Source of the DNA: a virus | Taxonomy: Duplodnaviria; Caudoviricetes | Strand: one strand, 5' to 3' | Length of the DNA: 56,959 nt | Virus record (IMG/VR): IMGVR_UViG_3300025875_000028 | Span: 1 to 56,959 of that record | Part shown: positions 8,076 to 17,235 of the stretch, one piece after another | How positions within the stretch are numbered: position 1 is the first letter of the stretch | How the letters are laid out: every line of letters begins with the position of its first letter | Position numbers and translations under genes: made by a program | The notes under the pieces: model-generated | Told to the model about the DNA's origin: nothing | The model's database searches: none | The model's input: only the letters and a program-made list of their open reading frames with translations

Positions 8076-9512
8076 ATGCCACGGGTGATGCGTCCTGACT
8101 CCGTCATCACGCTCGTCCGCGAGTACTTCGAGTCGGTCCTCGCCCAGTTCGATCGGGTCTCCGAGGTCGACGAGTACGCCGACGCCCGCCAGGGCATGAC
8201 CGGCGACGGCGGCGACGACCCGAACGACCACGTCTACATGCCGGCTGAGGGCGAGAGCGAGGTCAACGACGAGTACCGGCAGGTGGCCGGCCTCGCCCGG
8301 TCGCCCTGGGCCCCGCTCATCGTCACCTCACTGGCCCAGACGCTCTTCCTCGAGAACGTCCGGCGGACCGGCAGCACGACCCCGCTCGAAGCCTGGCGGA
8401 TCTGGCGCGAGAACGGCTGGGACGCCCGCCAGGACGCGCTCTACCGCGCCGAGATCGAGCACGGCCTCGCCTACGTCAGCTCGATGCCGTCCCGCATCGG
8501 CTTCGGCAACCGGGCGTCGGTCAAGATGCGCGGCCACAGCGCCCGCCGGATGGCCTGCTTCTACGACGACGAGAACGACGAGTGGCCGCTCTTCGGCATC
8601 CGCGCCGAGCCCACCCGCGGTCGACGCCCGGGGGACCCCGACGGTTACAACGTCTGGCTCTGGGACGAGACCGCCGTGCACCAGCTCCGCTGCATCAACC
8701 GCGGCGGCAGCGAGGACGAGTGGACCTACGTCAGCTACGTCGAGCATCCCTCCGGCGTCACGCCGATCGTGCGGTACACCAACCGCATCGACCTCGACGG
8801 CAAGGCGACCGGCGAGATCGAGCCCCTCATCCCGCTGTTCGGCCGCATCGACCAGGACACCTTCGACCGGCTGATCGTCCAGCGCTTCGGCGCGTGGAAG
8901 GTCCGCTGGATCGCGGGCATGGAGCTCCCCGCCGGTCAGGAGCAGCAGGAGAAGTTCCGGCTGGCCATCGAGCAGATCCTCGTGGCCAAGGACAAGGACA
9001 CCAAGTTCGGCACGCTGGACGCCACCGACCTCGCCGGCTTCATCGCCTCCGAGGCCGCGGACCTGCGCACCCTGTCGGCGGTCTCCCAGACCCCGCCCCA
9101 CCACCTTCTCGGCCTCTCGGCCAACCTGCAGGCTGAGTCGCTCGCCGCGGCCGAAGCCGGGCTCATCCGCAAGTCCGGCGCGTTCCGCACCAGCAACGGC
9201 GAGAGCTGGGAGCAGCAGTTCCGGCTCAACTCCCTGCTGCTCGGACGCCCGGAGGACGCCGCGGCCTATGACCTCATGGCCGACTGGCGCGACCCCGAGA
9301 CCCGCTCGCTGGCCCAGGCCGCCGACGCGCTCGGCAAGCTGGCCAGCCAGCTCAAGATCCCCGTCGAGATGCTCTGGCAGCGCGTCCCCGGTTGGAAGGA
9401 CGGCGACACCGAGCTGGCCAAGAAGCTCATCGGCGGCGGCGTGATCGACGAGCTCATGGCCGAGATCGAGGCCCAGGGCGGACTTCTGCAGCTACAGGGC
9501 GCCGGCGCCTGA
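8076..9512 (+). CDS. Portal protein (SPP1 Gp6-like)
   Basis: Follows TerL; about 478 aa; PIVRYTNRIDLDG...GEIEPLIP motif. Confidence 0.9.
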   Translation: MPRVMRPDSVITLVREYFESVLAQFDRVSEVDEYADARQGMTGDGGDDPNDHVYMPAEGESEVNDEYRQVAGLARSPWAPLIVTSLAQTLFLENVRRTGSTTPLEAWRIWRENGWDARQDALYRAEIEHGLAYVSSMPSRIGFGNRASVKMRGHSARRMACFYDDENDEWPLFGIRAEPTRGRRPGDPDGYNVWLWDETAVHQLRCINRGGSEDEWTYVSYVEHPSGVTPIVRYTNRIDLDGKATGEIEPLIPLFGRIDQDTFDRLIVQRFGAWKVRWIAGMELPAGQEQQEKFRLAIEQILVAKDKDTKFGTLDATDLAGFIASEAADLRTLSAVSQTPPHHLLGLSANLQAESLAAAEAGLIRKSGAFRTSNGESWEQQFRLNSLLLGRPEDAAAYDLMADWRDPETRSLAQAADALGKLASQLKIPVEMLWQRVPGWKDGDTELAKKLIGGGVIDELMAEIEAQGGLLQLQGAGA

Positions 9513-10399
9513 TGGCGACCACCGCCGAACTCGAGGAGCTGGACGAGCAGCACCGGCTCGACCAGGCCGCGAACGCCGCGGCGCTGCTCATCGCGCTCAA
9601 CGCCACCTGGGAGCAGGTCGATCCGGGCAACCTGGCCACGACCGGCGTGCGCTGGCTCAACGAGGCGCTCAGCCTCATCACCACTCGGCGCGAGCGGTCC
9701 GCCCTGCTGGCTTACAGCTACGTCCGGTCCATCCGCGACCTGCAGCTGGGCCCGGACCCGAGCTTCGTCATGCCCCAGGTGCCGGCGCCGAACCTCGCCA
9801 AGATCAGGAAGTCGCTCACCTACGTCGGCCTGGTCGCCACCGGCTACGACCTCGGGCGCATCCCCGGCCGCCAGGAGAACCTCGCCGCGCTGGCCGACGC
9901 CGACGAGAGCACCCGCGAAGACCTGCTGCGCAAGATGGCCGACATCGACCGCAGCAACGCCTCCGTCGACGAGATGACCCGCTCGGTCATGGCCGCAGCG
10001 CGGCAGCGCGTCGGCCAGGCCGCGATCCGGCACACCCACGACGGCGGCCGGGACTTCGTCGACACCGTCGTCAAGAGCGACCGCCGCGCGCTGGGCTTCC
10101 AGCGCATCGAGCGCGCGAAGTGCTGCGGCTGGTGCGCCATGCTCTGCTCCCGCGGCCCGGTCTACAAGGAGGACTCCTTCGACGAGTCCGACGCCCGCTT
10201 CACCGGACCCGGCAAGCACAAGGTCCACGACGAGTGCGGCGGCGCGCTCCGGCCGGTCTACACCCGCGACGAGGCCGAGTGGACGAACCTCTCCCGCGAG
10301 GCCTCCGCACTCTGGGAAGACCTCGGCGACGTCCGGGGCGACGCCGCGGTCGCAGAGTTCCGGCGCCGCTGGCGCGAGCGCAACGCCGCCATGCCCTGA
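9512..10399 (+). CDS. MuF-like minor head / capsid maturation protein
   Basis: CCGWCAMLCSRGPVY...HDECG motif; position after portal. Confidence 0.75.
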   Translation: MATTAELEELDEQHRLDQAANAAALLIALNATWEQVDPGNLATTGVRWLNEALSLITTRRERSALLAYSYVRSIRDLQLGPDPSFVMPQVPAPNLAKIRKSLTYVGLVATGYDLGRIPGRQENLAALADADESTREDLLRKMADIDRSNASVDEMTRSVMAAARQRVGQAAIRHTHDGGRDFVDTVVKSDRRALGFQRIERAKCCGWCAMLCSRGPVYKEDSFDESDARFTGPGKHKVHDECGGALRPVYTRDEAEWTNLSREASALWEDLGDVRGDAAVAEFRRRWRERNAAMP

Positions 10400-10456
10400 C
10401 GTCGGTATGCTGCGCGGGAGCCGGTGGCCGGCTCACCCCGACGCGAGGAGAACACC

Positions 10457-10975
10457 GTGCCCAGCACGAAGTACCCCGACCTGACCATCAAGGACGACTG
10501 GAACGACCGGACGCCCCCGCCGGTCACCAGCCTCGGCGACGACATCCTCAAGTCGAAGAACGAGCCGCAGCTCGGCCTCTTCCACAGCACGGAGACCGGC
10601 GAGTTCGTCGAGACCTCCCAGGGTGCCGTCCCGACCAAGTCCGAGACGGCCAACGCCGCCCGGTCGGTCGCGATGAAGAACCCGGAGACCGTCGGCAGCT
10701 ACGCCCTCGCCGGCGCGAGCGGCACCGAGCCCGGCGACTCCGGTGCCACGATGCCGACCGCCACCACCAGCGTCGAGCGCGAGCCCGTCGACGGTGACGA
10801 CGACGAGGACGACGACGAGCCGGCCGGGGACCAGGCCACGCCCTTCGACCCGTCCGAGAAGAGCGTCACCGAGGTCAACACCTACCTCGCCGGCGACATC
10901 ACCGAGGACGAGCGCAAGCGGGTCCTCGACGCCGAGCGCGCCGGCAAGAACCGCTCCACCGTCAACGGCCTCTGA
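10457..10975 (+). CDS. Hypothetical head-region protein
   Basis: GAGGAG RBS; short C-terminal helical module (VTEVNTYL...AERAGKNRSTV). Confidence 0.7.
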   Translation: MPSTKYPDLTIKDDWNDRTPPPVTSLGDDILKSKNEPQLGLFHSTETGEFVETSQGAVPTKSETANAARSVAMKNPETVGSYALAGASGTEPGDSGATMPTATTSVEREPVDGDDDEDDDEPAGDQATPFDPSEKSVTEVNTYLAGDITEDERKRVLDAERAGKNRSTVNGL

Positions 10976-11070
10976 CCCTCCACGTTCTGCGGGCTCTGAT
11001 CCTCTACAGTCCGTAGTACAACGCCGACACCGGGATGGGTCGGCACGAACAGAAAGGGACGGTGACCGGG

Positions 11071-11706
11071 ATGGCGCTGCCCGACTTCAACACCTGGCTG
11101 ACCGACTGGAAGTCCAAGCACCCGGACTTCGACGAGGACAAGGCCCAGAAGTTCATCTACGACCTGTCGGTGGACAAGGACACGCTGACCACCCAGAAGG
11201 CGACCGTGACGCAGGAGCGGGATGCTGCTGTGACGCGGGCGACGACTGCCGAGGCCACCCTCGCCGCCAAGGCGCAGGAGGGTGAGTCCGCGGAGCAGCG
11301 GGCGCAGCGACTCGAGCAGGAGCTCGCCGCGGAGAAGGCGAAGCCGGCCCCCGGCGCCGTCACCCCCGAGGTGCAGCAGCTTCGACTCGCTGCCGCCATG
11401 TCGGTGTCCGACGACATCACCGCGAAGGCCGCGATGACCCTCGCGGGGTTCATCCAGGGGACCACCAAGGAGGAGGCCGAGGCGTCGGCCAAGACCTTCG
11501 TCGACACCTTCGGCATCCCGGGCGCCAAGCCGGCGGTCGAGAAGCCGAAGGACGACGAGGACGACGTCGACGACCACAACGACTTCGGTGACAACCCGCT
11601 TCACCAGCAGCCGCGGGGCACGGTGCACAACCCCCTCGACCCGAAGCCGAACGGCGGCGGGGAGAAGCCGGTGGGAGACCTGATCGGTCTCATCCCGCGT
11701 CTGTAG
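11071..11706 (+). CDS. Scaffolding protein
   Basis: Coiled-coil, Ala/Glu/Lys-rich, directly upstream of the capsid gene. Confidence 0.75.
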   Translation: MALPDFNTWLTDWKSKHPDFDEDKAQKFIYDLSVDKDTLTTQKATVTQERDAAVTRATTAEATLAAKAQEGESAEQRAQRLEQELAAEKAKPAPGAVTPEVQQLRLAAAMSVSDDITAKAAMTLAGFIQGTTKEEAEASAKTFVDTFGIPGAKPAVEKPKDDEDDVDDHNDFGDNPLHQQPRGTVHNPLDPKPNGGGEKPVGDLIGLIPRL

Positions 11707-11769
11707 CAACTCGCCCGGCCGACCGCCCGGTGGCCGATCGCGACCACATCACACAGAGAGGCTTCACCA

Positions 11770-12801
11770 GTGGCGGTACTCAAGGTCAAGAAGGAACGAG
11801 TCGTCGAGTTCTTCCTCGGGATGCTCGAGCGGGAGACGGTCCTGCCGAACCTCGTGACCCGCATCCCCGACGCCAACTTCATCGGCTCGTTCGGGGACAC
11901 CGTCAACCTCCGCATCCGCGGGGCGATGGCGGTCGCGCGGGACTACGAGTGGCGGACCCGCACGGCGCCGATCCAGTACGACGACATCGCGCAGCGCGAG
12001 GACTCGATCCCCTGCAAGCTCGACACGCACACCGTGTCGGCCACGAAGCTGACCGCCGAGCACTACACGCTCGACGAGATCACCTTCGCGACCGACGTGC
12101 TGGCCGAGCAGGTGCAGGCGGTCGACACCCGCATGGAGAACCGCATCGCGACCGGCCTCGCCAACGAGCCGTTCAAGAACTCGGTCACCTTCACCTCGGC
12201 GTCGGACCCCCTGCGGGTCGGCGCGGAGGCCAAGCGGGTCCTCAACGCCTCGAAGGTCGCCCCGAAGCGCGGTCGCTTCTTCCTCGTCGGCGCCGGCATC
12301 GGTGCCCACTGGGAGGCCTCGCGCCGGATGAACGACTACTCCCTGTCCGGTCCGGCCGCCAACACCATGTTCGGCGAGTCGATCATCGGCCGGCTGCAGG
12401 GCATCCCGGTCATCCAGACCGACCTCATCGCCGAGGGGGCGGGCTACCTCCTGCACCCCAGCTGGGCCGGCTTCGCCAACGTCGCTCCGGCGCTGGCGCC
12501 GTCGATCAAGAACGGCGCTCGGGCTCGCACCCGCGGCGGGTACGCGGTGACCTGGCTGACCCAGTACATCACCGACTACCTGTCCGACGCCTCCGTGGTG
12601 CACACCTTCCACGGCCTGTCGGGCATCCGCGACGAGCGGCAGCTGACCGGTCAGTTCGCCGGTGACCTGCTGGAAGAGGACGACCCGAACCGCGGGCTCT
12701 ACAACGTCCGCGGCGTCAAGCTGGTCGGCTCCGACTTCGGTGCGCTCGACACCGACTACGAGCCCATCCGCACGATCGACGTGGGCGCCGCGGCGGCCTG
12801 A
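11770..12801 (+). CDS. Major capsid protein
   Basis: 343 aa; GDTVNLR E-loop motif; followed by a terminator. Confidence 0.85.
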   Translation: MAVLKVKKERVVEFFLGMLERETVLPNLVTRIPDANFIGSFGDTVNLRIRGAMAVARDYEWRTRTAPIQYDDIAQREDSIPCKLDTHTVSATKLTAEHYTLDEITFATDVLAEQVQAVDTRMENRIATGLANEPFKNSVTFTSASDPLRVGAEAKRVLNASKVAPKRGRFFLVGAGIGAHWEASRRMNDYSLSGPAANTMFGESIIGRLQGIPVIQTDLIAEGAGYLLHPSWAGFANVAPALAPSIKNGARARTRGGYAVTWLTQYITDYLSDASVVHTFHGLSGIRDERQLTGQFAGDLLEEDDPNRGLYNVRGVKLVGSDFGALDTDYEPIRTIDVGAAAA

Positions 12802-12817
12802 TCCCGCCAGCTCCACC

Positions 12818-12858
12818 GACGAGCCCCGCCTCTCCACCCGGAGGGGCGGGGCTTCGTC
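12818..12858 (+). terminator. Intrinsic terminator-like hairpin after the capsid gene
   Basis: GACGAGCCCCGCC...GGCGGGGCTTCGTC inverted repeat. Confidence 0.7.
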
Positions 12859-12875
12859 GTCTAGGCTGATCGGCC

Positions 12876-13049
12876 GTGCTGACCGAGGTGCTCGACTTCA
12901 TCGCAGAGAGCTCGACGCACGCCCACTTCGCCGGGCGGCCGGCCGACGGCGAGGCCACCGTGCTGCTGCTCCCCCTGGCCGCCTGGCGCGACATGGACGA
13001 GGAGCAGCAGGTCACCGTCGTCGTCCAGCCGGTACGCTCTGCGCCATGA
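12876..13049 (+). CDS. Small hypothetical protein (57 aa, not in the ORF track)
   Basis: GTG...TGA open frame MLTEVLDFIAESS..., coupled to the next ATG. Confidence 0.5.
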   Translation: MLTEVLDFIAESSTHAHFAGRPADGEATVLLLPLAAWRDMDEEQQVTVVVQPVRSAP

Positions 13050-13594
13050 CCGAGCCGGAGCCCATCTACGACCCCGCCGACCTCCTGGTCTCGGTGCGGG
13101 AGCTCGAGGTGTGGACCCAGCAGTCCGCCGGCGCGCTCGACGGCGATGTCTTCGCCCTCGGCATCCTGTGGGGCACGACGATCCTGCTCCGCGACCACGG
13201 CCACAGCGGGTGGACGGCGGCCACGATCCCCGACGCCGCGAAGCTCATCGGCATCGTCGTCGCGAAGAACTACTACGAGCACCCCGACGGGGCGATCAGC
13301 GAGGGCGTCTCCGTCCTCAACTCCCGGTACATCGACGCCGTCGTGCACAACATGGAGCTGATGCCCACCCAGATCGAGGTGCTCGAGCGCCTCGCTGCCG
13401 AGGAGGGCGCCGTCGACCCAGGCACCAGCTGGGGCGGGCTGCGCACCCTGACCACCACCCGTGGCCCGGTCGAGACCGCCCGCCGGCGCCGCGGCGGCAC
13501 GCTGTTCCTGCGCGACACCGAGGGCAACGCGCTCGCGATGGCCAACACCAGCGACGCCCTCGCCATGTACGCCATGACCGACCCGGTCGTCTGA
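13046..13594 (+). CDS. Head-to-tail adaptor
   Basis: Gene order after capsid; size; YEHPDGAISEGV region. Confidence 0.7.
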   Translation: MTEPEPIYDPADLLVSVRELEVWTQQSAGALDGDVFALGILWGTTILLRDHGHSGWTAATIPDAAKLIGIVVAKNYYEHPDGAISEGVSVLNSRYIDAVVHNMELMPTQIEVLERLAAEEGAVDPGTSWGGLRTLTTTRGPVETARRRRGGTLFLRDTEGNALAMANTSDALAMYAMTDPVV

Positions 13595-13914
13595 TGCAGC
13601 GGGAGACCGTCCAGTACCGGGCGCCGCAGGACACCGACGAGGTCGGCGACCCCATCGGGCCCGCGCCGAGCTGGATCGACATCCCCCGCTGCCGCGTCTG
13701 GCCCCGGGAGAGCGACGAACAGGGCACCACCGTCATCATCTCCGGCTTCGGCGTGCACATCCCCGCTGGCGCCGAGACCCCAATGGTCAACCCGTTGGGA
13801 CGCATGAAGGTCCGCGGCAACGAGTACGAGGTCGACGGCCAGCCCGGCGACTTCGCTCGCAAGGGCCAGATCGTCTACCTCACGCGAGTCGGGAGCCGGA
13901 ATGCCAGCGCGTAA
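13594..13914 (+). CDS. Head-to-tail stopper
   Basis: DEVGDP...VRGNEYEVDGQP motif; gene order. Confidence 0.75.
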   Translation: MQRETVQYRAPQDTDEVGDPIGPAPSWIDIPRCRVWPRESDEQGTTVIISGFGVHIPAGAETPMVNPLGRMKVRGNEYEVDGQPGDFARKGQIVYLTRVGSRNASA

Positions 13915-14314
13915 CGTCCGCTACGTCCGCAACGCCCGGTTCCGTCCTGACGACGAGGGCCGGATGGCGGCTGGCGACTTCGGCCAGTTCATGCTCTCCG
14001 AGCAGATCCAAGACGTCGCCGAGGAGGGCGCTCGCGACATCGCCGCACTGGCGACCGCGGACCAGAAGATCAGCAGCGACCCGTACACCGCCGAGGCCCA
14101 CGAGCCGATCGTCATCGCCGGCAACCCCCGCGCCACGGCTCAGGTCGTCGGCAACGACCGGCTGCACGCCGTCGAGGAGTTCGGCTCCGGCACTCGGTCG
14201 CAGGGCACGACCGCGGGACAGCCGCGACCCCAGGGCGGCTACAGCGAGCCCCGCCGCACGCTGGCGAAGGCCGCGGCCCAGGTCGTGCCGCCGGCCGAGG
14301 TCAAGCCCGCATGA
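13901..14314 (+). CDS. Neck protein (HK97 gp10-like)
   Basis: AVEEFGSG...RRTLAKAA; gene order. Confidence 0.65.
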   Translation: MPARNVRYVRNARFRPDDEGRMAAGDFGQFMLSEQIQDVAEEGARDIAALATADQKISSDPYTAEAHEPIVIAGNPRATAQVVGNDRLHAVEEFGSGTRSQGTTAGQPRPQGGYSEPRRTLAKAAAQVVPPAEVKPA

Positions 14315-14745
14315 CCGTCGACCGCGCGCCGAAGCTGCGCCGCATCGCGATGGCCCTGCTCCGGCAGGAGTTCCCCGACCGGCTGGGCACGGTCGACAAG
14401 GTGCTGCGCGTCAAGACCGAGACCCCCGACAACCTGCGCGAGCTGCTCGTCGCGCAGACCTGCTTCGTCCGCGTCGGCCAGCTCCCCGGCCGCACGACGC
14501 AGAACCAGATCAGCGCCATCCTCGACTTCGACGTCTTCGCTCTCACCGACGACGCTGCCGAAGACCTGGCACTCGACATCGACGCCATGCTGCTCGGTCG
14601 TCGGCTGCTGCGGGTGGCCAGCGGGCCCTTCGTCGGCGAGTCCCTTGACACCGTGGTCTCGCAGATGAGTCCGCACACGGTACCGTGGGCCGACGCCGGA
14701 GTGCGTCGGTACTACTCGTCCTATGCCGTCACCGCGCGACGGTGA
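14311..14745 (+). CDS. Tail terminator
   Basis: Gene order just before the major tail gene; DFDVFA...RRY motif. Confidence 0.7.
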   Translation: MTVDRAPKLRRIAMALLRQEFPDRLGTVDKVLRVKTETPDNLRELLVAQTCFVRVGQLPGRTTQNQISAILDFDVFALTDDAAEDLALDIDAMLLGRRLLRVASGPFVGESLDTVVSQMSPHTVPWADAGVRRYYSSYAVTARR

Positions 14746-14764
14746 CTGACCCGGAAGGCAGACC

Positions 14765-15442
14765 ATGACCGCACCCGTGACCGTCGCGAACTACGACGCG
14801 CTCAAGACCAAGCAGAACCAGCTCATCCGCAAGTCCCTCGACGGCTCCGCGATCGTCGCGCGCCGGACCGCCGACCCCATCGAGGCCATCTGCGGCGCCG
14901 GCGGTCTCCTGCTCACCCCGCCGGCGGGCTACAGCGACCTGGGCTACCTGACCGGCGAGGGCATGGCCTTCGGTCGCGACGTCTCCACGTCGGACATCAC
15001 CAGCTTCGGCTCGGTGACCCCGACCCGGTCGGACATCACCAACGACACCACCACGGTCACCATCAACGCCCAGGAGACCAAGCTCCTGACGCTCGAGATG
15101 GCGACCGGCATCTCCATCGACCCGGGCGACGTCAGCCCGACCTCGGGCGAGCTGATCCTGCGCAAGCCCCCGCGTCCGACGGCGAAGTACTGGCAGATCC
15201 TCTGCCTGGCCGTCGACCTCTCCGAGTACGGCGAGGTCTACATCGCCCGCTTCTTCCCCAACGCGAAGCCGACCGGGTTCCCCGAGCAGGCCTTCGCCGA
15301 CGGCGACAACGCGATCACGTGGGGCACCACGATGACCGCCTACCTCGACGACGAGCTCGGCTACTCCGAGTCGTGGCACTTCGGTGGCCCCGGCTGGAAC
15401 GGGATGCTCGCCGACATGGGCTTCACCCCGCTCGCTCCCTGA
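14765..15442 (+). CDS. Major tail protein
   Basis: DLGYLTGEG...SFGSVTPTRSDIT motif of actinophage tail tube proteins. Confidence 0.9.
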   Translation: MTAPVTVANYDALKTKQNQLIRKSLDGSAIVARRTADPIEAICGAGGLLLTPPAGYSDLGYLTGEGMAFGRDVSTSDITSFGSVTPTRSDITNDTTTVTINAQETKLLTLEMATGISIDPGDVSPTSGELILRKPPRPTAKYWQILCLAVDLSEYGEVYIARFFPNAKPTGFPEQAFADGDNAITWGTTMTAYLDDELGYSESWHFGGPGWNGMLADMGFTPLAP

Positions 15443-15446
15443 TCCC

Positions 15447-15480
15447 CCGGCCCGGCCCCGCTCACCCGGGGCCGGGCCGG
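15447..15480 (+). terminator. GC-rich hairpin after the major tail gene
   Basis: CCGGCCCGGCCCCG...CGGGGCCGGGCCGG. Confidence 0.55.
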
Positions 15481-15576
15481 TGTCTGACCGGCCGGGGGGC
15501 GCCGCGCGGGCCGTCCCCCGGCCGCCAGCACTACTCTCCTAGCCTGCGCCCCTCCCCTCGATCACCAGGAGACGTC

Positions 15577-15933
15577 ATGTCCCGCGGTTCCCGCAACCTC
15601 GCCGAGCCCGTCACGATGAAGCACCTGACCACGGGCGCCGAGCGCCTCGCGGTGACCAAGGCCGACCACGTCAACCTCACTGCGGCCGGCTACCGCGAGC
15701 CGAAGGCCGAGGGCACCGCGACCCCGCCGGCCGACGCCGTCGTCGCCGAGGCCGCGGCCACCGAGCAGACCGACAAGCGCAAGCAGGCGGCCCAGAAGGC
15801 GGCCAAGACCCGCCGGGAGAACGCCTCCAAGGCCGCCGCGGCGTCCGGCGAGACCGCTGACGCCGCCACCGCCCCCGAGACCACCGAGACGCCGACCGGC
15901 GACTCGGGTGACACCGACACCACGTCGGCCTGA
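15577..15933 (+). CDS. Hypothetical Ala/Thr-rich protein
   Basis: AGGAGA RBS. Confidence 0.65.
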   Translation: MSRGSRNLAEPVTMKHLTTGAERLAVTKADHVNLTAAGYREPKAEGTATPPADAVVAEAAATEQTDKRKQAAQKAAKTRRENASKAAAASGETADAATAPETTETPTGDSGDTDTTSA

Positions 15934-15950
15934 GTACCAAGGAGCCCATC

Positions 15951-16304
15951 ATGGCCGCCCGCGCAGCCCAGTCCCGCAGCACCACCGCCTCCACGCCCGA
16001 GCCCGCCGCCCGGGTGCACACCAACCTCGACGAAGTCCAGAAGCCGGCCGAGATCGACGTCGAGCCCTTCGTGGCCGTCGCCGGTGGCCGGGAGTTCGTC
16101 TTCGCCGCCGTGCACGACCTCCCCTGGGACGAGCTCGGCGGGATCGAGGGCGACGGCGACGAGTTCATGTTCAAGACGCTGTCCGAGGACGACTACGAGG
16201 CGTTCAAGGCGCTCAAGGTCCCGGGGTGGAAGATCAACATCCTCATGGACGACTACAAGGCGCACTACAAGATCGGCCAGCGCCGGGGCCAGCGCCAGCG
16301 CTGA
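15951..16304 (+). CDS. Tail assembly chaperone
   Basis: AAGGAG RBS; between major tail and tape measure genes. Confidence 0.7.
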   Translation: MAARAAQSRSTTASTPEPAARVHTNLDEVQKPAEIDVEPFVAVAGGREFVFAAVHDLPWDELGGIEGDGDEFMFKTLSEDDYEAFKALKVPGWKINILMDDYKAHYKIGQRRGQRQR

Positions 16305-16307
16305 CCG

Positions 16308-17219
16308 ATGACCGCCGTCGACGCCCTCGAAGCGGAGGCTGGCGGCCAGTTCATCTACCGCTGGGGCGGCCAGGACCACACCCTGGTCGCCCCAGCGGAG
16401 CTGTCTTGGAGCCAGCTCGTCCGCGTGATCCGTGACCCGATCCTCTTCGTGCTGCAGCTCGCCGAAGGGCACCGCCTGACCATCTGGCAGATCGAGCGTC
16501 TCCGCGACGACTGGATGACCCACCACGGCCTCGGCACGCCGAACTCCGTCGAGCGCCTGGCCTACCTCGTCGAGCACTACCGCGACGCCATCGAGTACGA
16601 CCTCGACACGCTCCCTGGGACGCGACCGTCCTTCGTCGAGCTCTGGCGCACCCGGCAGGTCCGACGCCTGCTCAACCTGATCGACCACCTGCCGCCCAAC
16701 TGCCACACGAACGCGGCCATCGCCAACAACGACGACCACGTCAAGATGATGGTCGAGGCGGGGCTCAAGCCGGCCAAGGGCGTCAGCCAGGTCTACTACG
16801 GCTCGATCGAGCAGCGCCTCGACGACATCGCCGACGCCCTCGGCGCTCTGCGCGACGTGACCATCGCCGTCAACTCGGCCAAGGGCAAGCGGACCCCCCC
16901 GACCAAGCCTCGCCCGCGCCCAACGTCGGCGTTCGGCCGCGTGCGCCACCAGACCCGCATGGCCCAGCACGAGAACCTCATGGGCCGCCTCTTCGGTCCC
17001 GAGGGCCCCCGTCCCGAGGAGGCTCCGCAGCTGCGGGTGGCCGGCCAGCGCCGCCGGGACCGCCGCGTGCTCGACGGCACCGCGGTCGTCGACCCGCTGG
17101 CTACTTCGACGTTCGTCAAGGCGCCATCAGCGCAGCGCGAGGAGGAGCGCGCCGCCAGGTGGAAGGACAGAGCGGCCGAAGTCGGTAGAGTGCCGCGAGA
17201 GAGCACCACCACGACGTAG
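16308..17219 (+). CDS. Tail assembly chaperone, second ORF
   Basis: AIEYDL...LLNLIDHLP motif; directly upstream of the tape measure gene. Confidence 0.7.
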   Translation: MTAVDALEAEAGGQFIYRWGGQDHTLVAPAELSWSQLVRVIRDPILFVLQLAEGHRLTIWQIERLRDDWMTHHGLGTPNSVERLAYLVEHYRDAIEYDLDTLPGTRPSFVELWRTRQVRRLLNLIDHLPPNCHTNAAIANNDDHVKMMVEAGLKPAKGVSQVYYGSIEQRLDDIADALGALRDVTIAVNSAKGKRTPPTKPRPRPTSAFGRVRHQTRMAQHENLMGRLFGPEGPRPEEAPQLRVAGQRRRDRRVLDGTAVVDPLATSTFVKAPSAQREEERAARWKDRAAEVGRVPRESTTTT

Positions 17220-17235
17220 GAGGACGAGACCGGCG

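Noticed and set aside
16250-16310. Canonical -1 frameshift site in the tail chaperone
   Set aside because: No slippery heptamer found and the two ORFs share a frame
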